A program made the position numbers and the translations under genes. A model generated the notes under the pieces. That model worked only from the letters and a program-made list of their open reading frames with translations, was not told the DNA's origin and searched no databases. From a virus (lineage: Duplodnaviria > Heunggongvirae > Uroviricota > Caudoviricetes), in the IMG/VR virus record IMGVR_UViG_3300028581_000022, positions 1-64,000 of that record: 64,000 bases of DNA. One strand, given 5' to 3'. Shown in pieces: positions 17,834 through 27,225 of this stretch (positions are counted from its first letter, which is position 1; each line of letters begins with the position of its first letter).

Positions 17834-18169
17834 ATGGCTACAATTTATTCTCCACCAAAAAGTATTGCGCTTCCTGAATTGAATTTTAAGGAAGTTGGCA
17901 AGTATCAAAAAGATTGTGAAAACTACATCAATGAATTAAGGGAGTTAGTAAAACGGAGGAATAATGGTAAATATGTTGGTGAGATATTGAGATTCCCTGT
18001 TGCTGACGGCTATGCTGAATACATGGTTGCGAGTTTGAAACCAGTTGAGTTGATTCATATACCTTTGTGGGATGCGTGGGAATTTGGTTATGCTCATTTA
18101 TTGACAGCCAAACAAATAAAGGAAGATTTGGAAAGGCAAAAAAAACTTGCTGAAATATTTGGTGGTTAG
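17834..18169 (+). CDS. hypothetical protein
   Basis: 111 aa; 3' end overlaps -33 region of next promoter. Confidence 0.55.
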   Translation: MATIYSPPKSIALPELNFKEVGKYQKDCENYINELRELVKRRNNGKYVGEILRFPVADGYAEYMVASLKPVELIHIPLWDAWEFGYAHLLTAKQIKEDLERQKKLAEIFGG

Positions 18170-18218
18170 AAATAATTTACTATCTTTGCAGTATCATTAA
18201 CCAAGTAATTAAAAAAAA

Positions 18219-18404
18219 ATGAATACATCAGTTGAAAAAAGATTTAAGCTATTAGCATTGTTTGCTTTACATTTAGAGATTTGGGGTGATAAAATGGTTG
18301 ACTTAGCGAATGCTATTGATAAAAACCATCCTCAAGCAGAAGAAGCGTTATGCTACTATGAAGACACACTAATCAACATTTTGGAAAAAAAAGATGATGA
18401 ATAA
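18219..18404 (+). CDS. hypothetical small protein
   Basis: 61 aa after TATCTTTGCAG box (18181-18191). Confidence 0.45.
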   Translation: MNTSVEKRFKLLALFALHLEIWGDKMVDLANAIDKNHPQAEEALCYYEDTLINILEKKDDE

Positions 18405-18456
18405 TTTGTTTTTTTAAAAAATTAAGTTAATTTTACACAAACAAAAACACTAAAAT

Positions 18457-19002
18457 ATGAAAAAATTTAATATTACTTCAGGAGTTATGGTTTGTTCCGA
18501 CCCATGTTATGAAATACCTACATGGTGTCAAGGGATTGTTGAAAACGTAAAGAATGGCGAATGGGAAGCCGAAGTTGAAACAAGTAACGAGGGTGGTTGG
18601 GGTGAACGTATTGCTGTATTAAAGGTAAACCATGTCAACGCTAAACTAAGTGGTGGTTTTAAACTACTTAATTTTAATGGTGGTGTTGATAGTGGGCAGT
18701 TTGGGTTCTTTGATAGGGATTTTTATCGTAATGATGAAGTTGCAAAGGATTTGCCAAAGCATGATTTTGGTGATGATTACGATGTAAACGAGGGTGATAG
18801 TTGGTATCGTGCTGTATGTGATTTGACATTAGCAAAAGAAAGTTGGGGTGTATTGAGTGGTGGTGCTGTATCTAGTTCAGGGTTTGGAGATGGTTCATAT
18901 AATGTATATGGTTGTAAGGATGAAAGTGGTGAGTATGTTGCGTTCTATGTTGAATACATTGGTAAAGATGAAGATGATGAGTGGAATGAAGATGAAGAAT
19001 AA
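18457..19002 (+). CDS. hypothetical acidic protein
   Basis: 181 aa, Asp/Glu-rich C-terminus. Confidence 0.5.
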   Translation: MKKFNITSGVMVCSDPCYEIPTWCQGIVENVKNGEWEAEVETSNEGGWGERIAVLKVNHVNAKLSGGFKLLNFNGGVDSGQFGFFDRDFYRNDEVAKDLPKHDFGDDYDVNEGDSWYRAVCDLTLAKESWGVLSGGAVSSSGFGDGSYNVYGCKDESGEYVAFYVEYIGKDEDDEWNEDEE

Positions 19003-19062
19003 ATTTGGTAGAATCAAATAATTTACTAACTTTGCAGTTTTAATCAATTAAATTTAAATAAC

Positions 19063-19266
19063 ATGGCTAAGAAAAAGTACGATGTATTGTCACCTGATGG
19101 ATTTTCTATTCACTTTAGTAATACGTATACAAGCAGAAAAGCAGCTATTGCCGCTGCTACGCAATGGGTAGAAGGTTATAAAAGGCAGGGCTATTATAGT
19201 TCTGCAAGACATGGCAGAATAGCAATTGAAGACCTTTTGGATTATTGTAAATTAATTGAGGTGTAA
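19063..19266 (+). CDS. hypothetical small protein
   Basis: 67 aa after promoter 19005-19045 (TAACTTTGCAG). Confidence 0.45.
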   Translation: MAKKKYDVLSPDGFSIHFSNTYTSRKAAIAAATQWVEGYKRQGYYSSARHGRIAIEDLLDYCKLIEV

Positions 19267-19269
19267 GGG

Positions 19270-19476
19270 ATGACAGCGGAGGAATTGTACATAAAAAATA
19301 TTGAAGCTGGAATTCGAGCCATACGTATGGGCATCAAGGAACCTAGTAATACTAGAGCACCAGAATCTTTAAACAAATTAAAAGAAGTTAACGTTGGGCT
19401 ATACGAAGATTATTTAGTCAAATACAAAAGGATACTGACTGATTATCATAAGAGGAAGCAAAATAATTCGAAATAA
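19270..19476 (+). CDS. hypothetical small protein
   Basis: 68 aa. Confidence 0.4.
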   Translation: MTAEELYIKNIEAGIRAIRMGIKEPSNTRAPESLNKLKEVNVGLYEDYLVKYKRILTDYHKRKQNNSK

Positions 19477-19527
19477 ATTTGGTTGGTTGAAAAATTATTC
19501 TTATATTTGCAATCTAAACAAAATAGT

Positions 19528-20085
19528 ATGATTTATTTTTACAACAAAGAAAATTTGGTTTACGAGAATGTAACAAAGAAAGCTATGCTATTGATAATTG
19601 GGTTAGCGTTTGTTACGAGTGGAATTATTGTTTGTTTGCTTGTTTACAGGGTAAATCAAGTGAAGTACATAAGTGAGGAAACAAAAGCAATCATTTTAAG
19701 CGAATCCAATAAGCTCAATGAATTTAGCGCACAAAAATTGAAAGCATATATATTGGAATTGAACATAAAGTTCCCACATATTGTGTATGCACAAGCGAGG
19801 TTGGAGAGTGGTAATTTTAAGAGTGAAATCTTTAAAACCAATCATAATTTATTTGGAATGAAGGTTGCCACAAGACGACCAACTACCAATAAGGGTGAGG
19901 AGAATGGACACGCTTATTATGATAATTGGAAAGAGAGTGTTGTTGATTATGCTTTTTATCAAGCGCAATATCTATCTGACATAAAAACGGAAGCTGATTA
20001 TTTTCAATACCTTCATGCGAGTTATGCGGAAGCTCCAAATTATGTTGAACATTTGAAAAAAATAATTTTGCAAGAAAAGAAATAA
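19528..20085 (+). CDS. membrane-anchored N-acetylglucosaminidase (FlgJ/Glucosaminidase-domain)
   Basis: N-terminal TM segment AMLLIIGLAFVTSGIIVCLLVY; AQARLESGNFKSEIFKTNHNLFGMKV matches glucosaminidase-domain core; listed start 19483 lies inside promoter, so Met 19528 chosen. Confidence 0.55.
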   Translation: MIYFYNKENLVYENVTKKAMLLIIGLAFVTSGIIVCLLVYRVNQVKYISEETKAIILSESNKLNEFSAQKLKAYILELNIKFPHIVYAQARLESGNFKSEIFKTNHNLFGMKVATRRPTTNKGEENGHAYYDNWKESVVDYAFYQAQYLSDIKTEADYFQYLHASYAEAPNYVEHLKKIILQEKK

Positions 20086-20118
20086 TTTACTATCTTTGCA
20101 ACATAAAATTAAAGACAT

Positions 20119-20382
20119 ATGCCAAAATTTAAACCACAGGCAAGTTTTGCCACAGACGAAAGCATACGAGATTATCGTAATGGATTCCGTAAAAGCAGGG
20201 AGATTACCAATGTATATCCTACTTATGATAAACTAATAAGTGCAATGAAAGCTATGCTTAATGCAAGTCATGATGAAATGGTTTATGTATCAAGAAGCCG
20301 TAGAGGTGAATGGGGTGAGTACTACGAAGTTTGGAGTTTAAGTAATGGTAAACCAGTCAAAGTTAAAGAGGGGTGGATGTAG
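20119..20382 (+). CDS. hypothetical small protein
   Basis: 87 aa after CTATCTTTGCAA box. Confidence 0.45.
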   Translation: MPKFKPQASFATDESIRDYRNGFRKSREITNVYPTYDKLISAMKAMLNASHDEMVYVSRSRRGEWGEYYEVWSLSNGKPVKVKEGWM

Positions 20383-20406
20383 GGTTTTAAATAAATTAAA
20401 ATAAAA

Positions 20407-20697
20407 ATGAAGATGGAAAAGATGCGAAACGGAGTTACAGTTTATCAGTTGATAGACTTGGACGACAATGGAAGTAAAGTACTTACAGGTACTATTGAAG
20501 ACATACGAATCTTCATGAAAGATAGGTGGATGATAAATGGTGAATTTGTTAATAGTATGTTGGAAACTGAATTCATTGAAGAGGATTATTATTCTTATTT
20601 GGATTCTGATGAGAACTTATGGAATGCTGTAGGTGTAATGGGTTATATGGCTTTTGAAGAATGTAAAGTGCCCATAGAAGATTTTTTTGAAGAATAA
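20407..20697 (+). CDS. hypothetical protein
   Basis: 96 aa. Confidence 0.45.
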   Translation: MKMEKMRNGVTVYQLIDLDDNGSKVLTGTIEDIRIFMKDRWMINGEFVNSMLETEFIEEDYYSYLDSDENLWNAVGVMGYMAFEECKVPIEDFFEE

Positions 20698-20751
20698 TTT
20701 GGAATTACCAAACCTTTTTTTTATCTTTGCAGTAAACAAAAGATAAAGTAT

Positions 20752-21567
20752 ATGCCTAATCACGTAACAAACAGATTAACCATTATTGGTGAAGAAACGG
20801 AAGTAGCGAAAGTATTATCGGAAATCAAAGGAAGTCAAGATGACCAATTTATTGACTTTAATACATTCGCACCAATGCCAAATGAATTAAGGTCAATTAC
20901 CAGTCCTACTAGTATTATAAGCCAAGAGGATTATGATAAGCAAGAGGAAAGGATTGCCAAAAATGAATTGACTGACTTAGAAAAGAATTTTGGCGTTAGC
21001 AGGGGAATAACAAAAGAAATATCTGCTGAATACCAAGACAAGTTTGGTGCTGATAATTGGTATGACTGGAGTATTCAAAATTGGGGTACTAAATGGAATG
21101 CTTATGACCAAAGTATTTGCGACAATGAGATTGTATTCTGTACAGCGTGGAGTACCTCTCAAATGGCAATACAGTTGTTGTCTATAAAATACCCAAATGC
21201 TAAATTCTGTATTCAATATGCTGATGAGGATTTTGGGTATAATGTTGGTGAATACCATATAGAAAATGGGGTAATAACTTATATTTATATACCTAATGGT
21301 GGTAGCAAAGAGGCTCTGCGAATGGCAATGGATATAAATGGTGACCTAGAGTATTATTTGGAGAATTACTTATGCGATGAATTAGATGAGGAATTAGGCG
21401 AATTTGCCGAAAGTCTTGTTGAAATTGCTCATGAGGAACAATACCTTGTTGCTGAATATCCAGTTGTTGTTTTAAATAAATTAAAAGAACTTGCATTGGC
21501 TGATGAGCAATATGAGAGGATTATTGAAATTGATAGGTTATTGAAAAATAAAGAAATAGCTGAATAA
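20752..21567 (+). CDS. hypothetical protein
   Basis: 271 aa after promoter 20698-20738. Confidence 0.55.
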   Translation: MPNHVTNRLTIIGEETEVAKVLSEIKGSQDDQFIDFNTFAPMPNELRSITSPTSIISQEDYDKQEERIAKNELTDLEKNFGVSRGITKEISAEYQDKFGADNWYDWSIQNWGTKWNAYDQSICDNEIVFCTAWSTSQMAIQLLSIKYPNAKFCIQYADEDFGYNVGEYHIENGVITYIYIPNGGSKEALRMAMDINGDLEYYLENYLCDELDEELGEFAESLVEIAHEEQYLVAEYPVVVLNKLKELALADEQYERIIEIDRLLKNKEIAE

Positions 21568-21637
21568 AAAAAGTCAGAAAAGGTTTGGTAATTCCAAACC
21601 TTTTTTTTATATTTGCGGTAACAAAATAATTAAACAA

Positions 21638-21712
21638 ATGGCAAAAGTAACTAAAACATGGAAAATTGGCGAGTATTGTCAAGTTAATTATTTCTTTTTA
21701 CATGCCTATTAA
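21638..21712 (+). pseudogene. 5' gene fragment (MAKVTKTWKIGEYCQ..) duplicating start of 22467..22760, truncated at HNH insertion
   Basis: Promoter 21580-21625 followed by 24-codon ORF whose N-terminus matches MAKKTFKIGEQCRGG of the intact downstream gene; runs into 3' end of antisense HNH gene. Confidence 0.4.
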
Positions 21713-22379
21713 TATAACCACATAAAGGTTGTAAATTGCTGTAATGGTTAAGTTTAATAATTTCTTCATAAGTTGAACCGCTAGAAGTTGGAATGATATG
21801 GTCGATATCCCACCCATAGTTTAATTCACCATTATATAACCCTTTATTTTCCCAAGTCATCCATGACTCAAATTGTGATTCAATATGTTGTTTAAATTCT
21901 TGTATAGTGCAGCCCAATATATCTATTGTTTTATCTGATTTTTTTAAATTTTGATTTCTTAAACTATCCCTGATTAAACCTTTGAGTTGTTTTTTTAATT
22001 TAAATAAAGGGTCGGTTTCCATTTTTCGTTTATGGTATTCATAATTTTTTTTGCTAATAATTTCTTTATTTTCTAGATATTTTTTTTTGCGTTGTTCGCT
22101 AATTTTTACTTTATTCTCTTTACGATATTTTTTTGCGTATTCTTTTTTTTCTTCTTTTTTTGAATTAAAATAATCGGAGCGTTTATCTTTATTGTTTTTA
22201 TAATAAGAATTACTTCTATCTTTTTCTTTTTCAATATTATTTAATCTATATTTTTTACCATATTCAGCAACACAAATTTTGCATGTGCTTTTATAACCAT
22301 CTTTATTTGTTGATTGTTTACTAAATGAATTAATATCTTTTAATTCACTACATTTTTGACATTTTTTTTGCATACTCAC
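21684..22379 (-). CDS. HNH (His-Me finger) homing-endonuclease-like protein, paralog 1, with Lys/Glu/Tyr-rich repeat N-terminus
   Basis: C-terminal GWDIDHIIPTSS..LNHYSNLQPLC..N motif; three paralogs share ILGC..EEFKQH.ESQFESWM.WEN.GLY; antisense to surrounding genes. Confidence 0.6.
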   Translation of the reverse strand: MSMQKKCQKCSELKDINSFSKQSTNKDGYKSTCKICVAEYGKKYRLNNIEKEKDRSNSYYKNNKDKRSDYFNSKKEEKKEYAKKYRKENKVKISEQRKKKYLENKEIISKKNYEYHKRKMETDPLFKLKKQLKGLIRDSLRNQNLKKSDKTIDILGCTIQEFKQHIESQFESWMTWENKGLYNGELNYGWDIDHIIPTSSGSTYEEIIKLNHYSNLQPLCGYINRHVKRNN

Positions 22380-22466
22380 CTATTTTAAAATAAATATCAC
22401 AAATTTTTGGAAAGTTGAAAATTATTCTTATCTTTGCATTATTATTAATCAATAAAAAATAAAATT

Positions 22467-22760
22467 ATGGCAAAAAAGACTTTTAAAATTGGAGAACAAT
22501 GTAGGGGCGGTGTAATCACCGTTGAAATTACTGGAAAGGTAATTGCTATCATTGGGAAAGATTGGGATACTTCAACAGGGTATCGCAAATCGAGTAACCA
22601 AAGCAATGCAAAAGAATTTACGAGGGGTACGATAACTGCTGATGATAGTGAAGCGTATCGTAAGATGTATTTCTTTTTAACTGATTTGACTACTTCTTAT
22701 TATGCTGATACCATTTTGAAGTGGATTGAATCAAAAGTAAAGCTGCAAAATATTTTTTAA
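22467..22760 (+). CDS. hypothetical protein (intact copy of fragment at 21638)
   Basis: 97 aa; promoter 22412-22448. Confidence 0.5.
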   Translation: MAKKTFKIGEQCRGGVITVEITGKVIAIIGKDWDTSTGYRKSSNQSNAKEFTRGTITADDSEAYRKMYFFLTDLTTSYYADTILKWIESKVKLQNIF

Positions 22761-22834
22761 AAAAAGTTTGGAAATTCAAAATAATTGTTTATCTTTGCAT
22801 TGTAAATATTTTATTAACTAAAAACATTAACATT

Positions 22835-23371
22835 ATGGGTCAGTATTTTAAACCAATTTTACTTGCAGAAAACAAAAAAAGTGTTAAGTCTTGGATGTAT
22901 TCACACGAATACGATAATGGGCTTAAACTTATGGAACATTCCTATATTGGAAATCATTTTGTAAGTTCTTTTGAAAGTCTTATTAAAAATAACCCTCAAA
23001 GGGTTGTATGGGCTGGTGATTATGCCGATGAGTGCAAAGGCAGAAAAACAAATTTGTATAAGCGTTGCAAGGATACTGAAAAAGCCAACCCAACAGAAAG
23101 GGTAAGTGTAACTGAAACACGTTATATTGTAAACCACAGCAAAAAAGAATTTGTTGATAAGTTTAACGTACCCGAAATAGCGACTTGGAAAGGAACAAAG
23201 ATACACCCTCTACCTTTGCTTACCTGCGAAGGAAATTTAAGGGGGGGTGGAGATTATACTTCTAAAAATGGTGCTGAATTTGTCGGTACATGGGCAAGAG
23301 ATTTAATTTCTGTTAGTTCAAAGAAACCTAATGGTTACAAAGAAATAAAACCTAATTTTAATGAAGACTAA
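22835..23371 (+). CDS. hypothetical protein (C-terminal GGGDYTSKNGAEFVGTWARDLISVSSKKPNGYKEIKPNF)
   Basis: 178 aa; promoter 22770-22810; C-terminal 40 aa re-occur after HNH paralog 2. Confidence 0.5.
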   Translation: MGQYFKPILLAENKKSVKSWMYSHEYDNGLKLMEHSYIGNHFVSSFESLIKNNPQRVVWAGDYADECKGRKTNLYKRCKDTEKANPTERVSVTETRYIVNHSKKEFVDKFNVPEIATWKGTKIHPLPLLTCEGNLRGGGDYTSKNGAEFVGTWARDLISVSSKKPNGYKEIKPNFNED

Positions 23372-23385
23372 TAAATTGGATAACC

Positions 23386-24036
23386 TTATATAAGGTTATC
23401 CTTTTTTATATATCTATTAGTATAAGAACAAAGTGGTTTTAAATTAGTATAATGGTTTAATTGAATTAATTTATCTTCTGTTTTAGCAGAACTGGTTGGG
23501 ATTATATGGTCAATATCCCAACCATAATTTAATTCTCCTTTTTTATATAAGCCATAATTTTCCCAATTCATCCACGATTCAAACTGACTTTCGAGATGCT
23601 GTTTAAATTCTTCATAAGAACATCCGAGTATTTGTAATGTTGATTTATTTTTGGTATAATTATGTTTTATAGCTTTATAAATAATATTATGAATTTTTCG
23701 TTTAAGAAAAAATAAAGGGTCGTCTTTCATACGATTAATTTTATAGTTTCGATTATATTCTCTAATTTTAGTTTTATTAGCTTCGTAATACTCTCTTTTT
23801 TTCTGTTTAATTGATTCAGCATTTTTTTCACGGTACAATTTATCTGTTAGTTTTTTTTGGTCTTTTGTTTTATGATTATATTCAGATATTGTTTCACTAT
23901 GTTGTTCTTTATAGAGTTTATTTTTTAGTTTAATTGACTCAGCATTTTTTTCTTTATATAGTCTATTTTTTTCTCTAAGTATTTCACGATTTTTTTCTCT
24001 ATATCGTTGTTGAATAATTTTTCTATCGGTTTTCAT
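23386..24036 (-). CDS. HNH homing-endonuclease-like protein, paralog 2
   Basis: GWDIDHIIPTSSAKTEDKLIQLNHYTNLKPLC; Lys-rich repeat N-terminus. Confidence 0.6.
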   Translation of the reverse strand: MKTDRKIIQQRYREKNREILREKNRLYKEKNAESIKLKNKLYKEQHSETISEYNHKTKDQKKLTDKLYREKNAESIKQKKREYYEANKTKIREYNRNYKINRMKDDPLFFLKRKIHNIIYKAIKHNYTKNKSTLQILGCSYEEFKQHLESQFESWMNWENYGLYKKGELNYGWDIDHIIPTSSAKTEDKLIQLNHYTNLKPLCSYTNRYIKKDNLI

Positions 24037-24072
24037 AAATAAATTTGTTTAGTTCATAATTTAATCTTATAT

Positions 24073-24264
24073 TTGCATTATAATAATAAATATCTAAGAA
24101 AAGTAAAAAAGAACGAAGTGGAGGCGATTTTTTTAAACGGCAGGGGCGGTGGTGACTTTAGGGGTTCGAACAATTATGTTGGTACTTGGGCTAGAGATGT
24201 AATAAGTGTTGAAAGCAAAAAACCACAAGGGTTTACAGAAATTAAACCAAATTTTGCGGAATAA
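24073..24264 (+). pseudogene. 3' gene remnant homologous to C-terminus of 22835..23371
   Basis: RGGGDFRGSNNYVGTWARDVISVESKKPQGFTEIKPNFAE vs GGGDYTSKNGAEFVGTWARDLISVSSKKPNGYKEIKPNFNED; ORF begins inside a promoter-like sequence. Confidence 0.4.
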
Positions 24265-24334
24265 AAAAAGTGACGCTACTATTTGGTAGTGTCATTTCTT
24301 TTTCTTATCTTTGCATAAACAAAAACAAAAGAAC

Positions 24335-24583
24335 ATGGAAAAAATATTTGTTGTTATAGTGCCTGTTGATTACCATAATTCAAGAAAAGTTTGTGAGCTT
24401 ATTGAAAATATGAAGTTTGAGGGTACAGCTGAAATAGGTAAATTTTTGGCTAAAGAGGAAGTAGATGGCAGTTTAGGTGATATAATGATTTATGAATTAC
24501 CTGATTTTATGGATGGCGTAAATAACCAAGAATTAGATACATTAACTGATAGTTTTATAAGTTACGTTAGGGTTGGAAAATAG
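24335..24583 (+). CDS. hypothetical protein
   Basis: Met 24335 follows TTATCTTTGCA box (24305-24315). Confidence 0.45.
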   Translation: MEKIFVVIVPVDYHNSRKVCELIENMKFEGTAEIGKFLAKEEVDGSLGDIMIYELPDFMDGVNNQELDTLTDSFISYVRVGK

Positions 24584-24621
24584 AAAAATGTTTAGAACCT
24601 TTGCATTAAAAAAATAATATT

Positions 24622-25059
24622 ATGAAAAAAGAATTGTATTTACTCGACTTGCCACTTGATACTACAAATGAACAAGTAGAAATAGCATTGTTGAAAACCT
24701 GCACTAAAAATAAAAAACTAACCAACTTCATTAAAAAGTTTTTTAAAGAAAACCAAGACACCGAAATATGTGCTTTTGACGATTACGGTTGGGAGTGGGA
24801 TATTGAGAAAAATGGGGATATTGAAATTGCCATTTGTAACCATGATTTCATCGATGATGATTTTTGTGATGGTTGGTTTATGTATGATACACCCAAAGCG
24901 TTCTCAAAGTATTTTGATTGCTGGGAATGGGAAAAACTTACTTTAGATAACGGAAAATACCTATTATTGGTTGACGAAGGAGATTATTTTGCTTTCCACA
25001 TAGTTGACCCAACTAAAATGGAAGATGGTTATATTGATGTAATAAGCATAATTAATTAA
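24622..25059 (+). CDS. hypothetical acidic protein
   Basis: 145 aa; AACCTTTGCA box upstream. Confidence 0.5.
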   Translation: MKKELYLLDLPLDTTNEQVEIALLKTCTKNKKLTNFIKKFFKENQDTEICAFDDYGWEWDIEKNGDIEIAICNHDFIDDDFCDGWFMYDTPKAFSKYFDCWEWEKLTLDNGKYLLLVDEGDYFAFHIVDPTKMEDGYIDVISIIN

Positions 25060-25146
25060 GTTAAATTTGGAAAATATAAAAACTTTCTTATCTTTGCAGT
25101 ATGGAATTAAAACAAATTACTCAAACCGTTTTTTTATCTTTGCATT

Positions 25147-25224
25147 ATGAAACAAGAATATCTTAATACTATAACACATACAGCCACAGGAATCAAATAT
25201 TATCTCTTTTTACATCCCTATTAA
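25147..25224 (+). pseudogene. 5' gene fragment (MKQEYLNTITHT..) duplicating start of 25950..26177
   Basis: ~38-nt duplicated segment ATGAAACAAGAATATCTTAATACTATAAC(A/C)CATAC including -7 box; truncated by antisense HNH paralog 3. Confidence 0.4.
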
Positions 25225-25852
25225 TATAACTACATAATGGTTGTAAGTTAGTATAATGATTTAACTTTATTAATTCTTCTTTTGTCATACCAGTTGATAA
25301 TGGAGTAATATGGTCAATATCCCAACCATAATTTGGTTGGCCATTGTATAAACCTTTATTACCCCAATTCATCCATGGTTGCCATAATGATTCAATGTGT
25401 TGTTTAAACTCTTCATACGAACAACCTAAAATTTCAATAGTTTTTGAGTTTTTAACGTATTGTTTGGCTCTTAATGATTTATTTATTAAAATTCTCAGAT
25501 GGGCTTTTAACCTATACAATGGGTCTTCAACCATTTTACGTTTACGGTAATTTCTATCATATTCACGAATTTTATCTCTATTTCTTTCTATGTAAGTTTT
25601 ACGTTTACTTTTTAATTCAGTTTTATTATCTTCATAGTATTTCTTAATTCGGTCTTTATTTTCACTAACCCATTTTTCTTTGTATGCTTTTTTTGTTTCT
25701 TTGTTTTTTTCAGCGTATTCTTTATTCGCTAATTTGATTTTTTCTTTATTATTTTCATAATAAAGTTTATCACGTTCTTTAATTTTAGCTTTATTTCTAT
25801 CTCGATAAGCTTTATCGGTGATTTTCTTTTTTGCTTTTTGTTCCTCAGTCAT
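25193..25852 (-). CDS. HNH homing-endonuclease-like protein, paralog 3
   Basis: GWDIDHITPLSTGMTKEELIKLNHYTNLQPLC; Lys/Glu/Tyr repeat N-terminus. Confidence 0.6.
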   Translation of the reverse strand: MTEEQKAKKKITDKAYRDRNKAKIKERDKLYYENNKEKIKLANKEYAEKNKETKKAYKEKWVSENKDRIKKYYEDNKTELKSKRKTYIERNRDKIREYDRNYRKRKMVEDPLYRLKAHLRILINKSLRAKQYVKNSKTIEILGCSYEEFKQHIESLWQPWMNWGNKGLYNGQPNYGWDIDHITPLSTGMTKEELIKLNHYTNLQPLCSYINRDVKRDNI

Positions 25853-25949
25853 ATCTTTTGTTTATTATAAATATGTATAAAAAAGTAAAAAACTTTCGTT
25901 GGTTTTTGGAAAAACGAAAAAATTGTGTTATCTTTGTCAAAAATTAAAT

Positions 25950-26177
25950 ATGAAACAAGAATATCTTAATACTATAACCCATACTATTGGGAATCATGAA
26001 GTAAAAGACCTTCGTTGGTTGCCTTTGGACAACATTATTGTTGGGTTGGTGAAGTGTCCTTATATGGGAAAGCTTACTTTGAATGAGGGTTATATATCAG
26101 GTATGTGGCGTAGAAACGGAAGTCCAACAAATAAAATTAAAGGTTTTGACCATTTATATTTGGATATTCCAAAATAA
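25950..26177 (+). CDS. hypothetical protein (intact copy of fragment at 25147)
   Basis: Met 25950 after TTATCTTTGTCA box; 75 aa. Confidence 0.45.
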   Translation: MKQEYLNTITHTIGNHEVKDLRWLPLDNIIVGLVKCPYMGKLTLNEGYISGMWRRNGSPTNKIKGFDHLYLDIPK

Positions 26178-26210
26178 TTGTTTATCTTTGCAGTATCAAA
26201 ATCAAATAAT

Positions 26211-26450
26211 ATGACAATAGAACAACAAAAAGAAATCGAAAAAGCAAAGCAGTTGCTAAGGGATAATGGTTACTTTGTGGATAACTTATGGCACGTTGAC
26301 GATGTAAAAGGCAAATTCAAATGTGATGATGAAACTGCGCAGAGTATTTTAAAAGATGCTTTGGAAAATGATGCAACAATGGAACAAATTTGGTTGGCAA
26401 TTGATATTGCAGGGGAAAGCGAAGGGTTGGAAGTAATTGAAGAAGATTAA
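26211..26450 (+). CDS. hypothetical protein
   Basis: Met 26211 after TTTATCTTTGCAG box (26190-26200). Confidence 0.45.
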   Translation: MTIEQQKEIEKAKQLLRDNGYFVDNLWHVDDVKGKFKCDDETAQSILKDALENDATMEQIWLAIDIAGESEGLEVIEED

Positions 26451-26465
26451 ATAAATTTATATAAA

Positions 26466-26636
26466 ATGAGCAAAGAAGAAACAATTAATGCAGAAATTGC
26501 AGCCTATGTAAAGGGTGAGGTAGATGGTGAGGTAGTATCTACGGAAGAAAATTGCGGTAGTATGTGGATAACCACAGATAGCGGTAAGGTTTATTCCGTA
26601 ATGATAATGCAGTGTCAACCTGATAATCTTGGTTGA
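26466..26636 (+). CDS. hypothetical small protein (56 aa)
   Basis: ATG 26466 directly after previous stop; below track threshold. Confidence 0.3.
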   Translation: MSKEETINAEIAAYVKGEVDGEVVSTEENCGSMWITTDSGKVYSVMIMQCQPDNLG

Positions 26637-26678
26637 GTTTAGCTTGACTTTTGATAGATTCCATGTTACATTTGTAGC

Positions 26679-26954
26679 ATGGAATTTGTTATTATAGAAA
26701 TAGGTAGTCCTGAATGGGATTATATGTGGAACTGGTTGGCCAGTCATCCATTAAATGAAGGTCTGGAACAGCCAGACGTTGCTTTATATGAAGGTGAAGC
26801 TTGGCAGTATATGGGAAGCTTTAAACAAGGTAATAAGGTGATTCATTCATTCAGACATAGATTTCATCCAGTTACAAATAAAGTAGAACAAATTAGTTTA
26901 TATGCTTCTGATGATTTTGAATTAAGTCAGATAAAAAAATCTTACAAATTGTAA
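26679..26954 (+). CDS. hypothetical protein
   Basis: 91 aa. Confidence 0.4.
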   Translation: MEFVIIEIGSPEWDYMWNWLASHPLNEGLEQPDVALYEGEAWQYMGSFKQGNKVIHSFRHRFHPVTNKVEQISLYASDDFELSQIKKSYKL

Positions 26955-26960
26955 GAAATA

Positions 26961-26996
26961 TATTTGGTGGTTTCAAAAAGTTTTACTACCTTTGCA
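26961..26996 (+). promoter_or_regulatory. early-type promoter driving noncoding RNA 1
   Basis: TATTTGGTGGTTTCAAAAAGTTTTACTACCTTTGCAG; no ORF follows. Confidence 0.5.
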
Positions 26997-27000
26997 GTAC

Positions 27001-27165
27001 GTTCATTGAGAGAGAAACATTAAATCATAAAGTGCCACGACTTGCCGATATTCCGTGAGCAGACTTTATCGGTATGATTTAATTACTTTATAGAGATTCA
27101 CTGGCGATAGCAATAATGCCCAATGATATGCGAGGGAGTAGCCACTCTCTATGAGGTAAAAAAAA
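27001..27165 (+). ncRNA. candidate structured ncRNA 1 (~165 nt)
   Basis: GC-richer than surroundings; nested helices AAUCAUA/UAUGAUU (27022-27028 / 27073-27079) and CCGAUA/UAUCGG; 5' UGAGAGAG can pair 3' CUCUCUAUG; no coding capacity. Confidence 0.4.
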
Positions 27166-27170
27166 GTTTC

Positions 27171-27213
27171 AAAAAGATTTGGTAGTTTCAAAAAGTTTTC
27201 GTACCTTTGTACT
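27171..27213 (+). promoter_or_regulatory. early-type promoter driving noncoding RNA 2
   Basis: AAAAAGATTTGGTAGTTTCAAAAAGTTTTCGTACCTTTGTACT. Confidence 0.5.
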
Positions 27214-27225
27214 ATCGAAGTTAAT

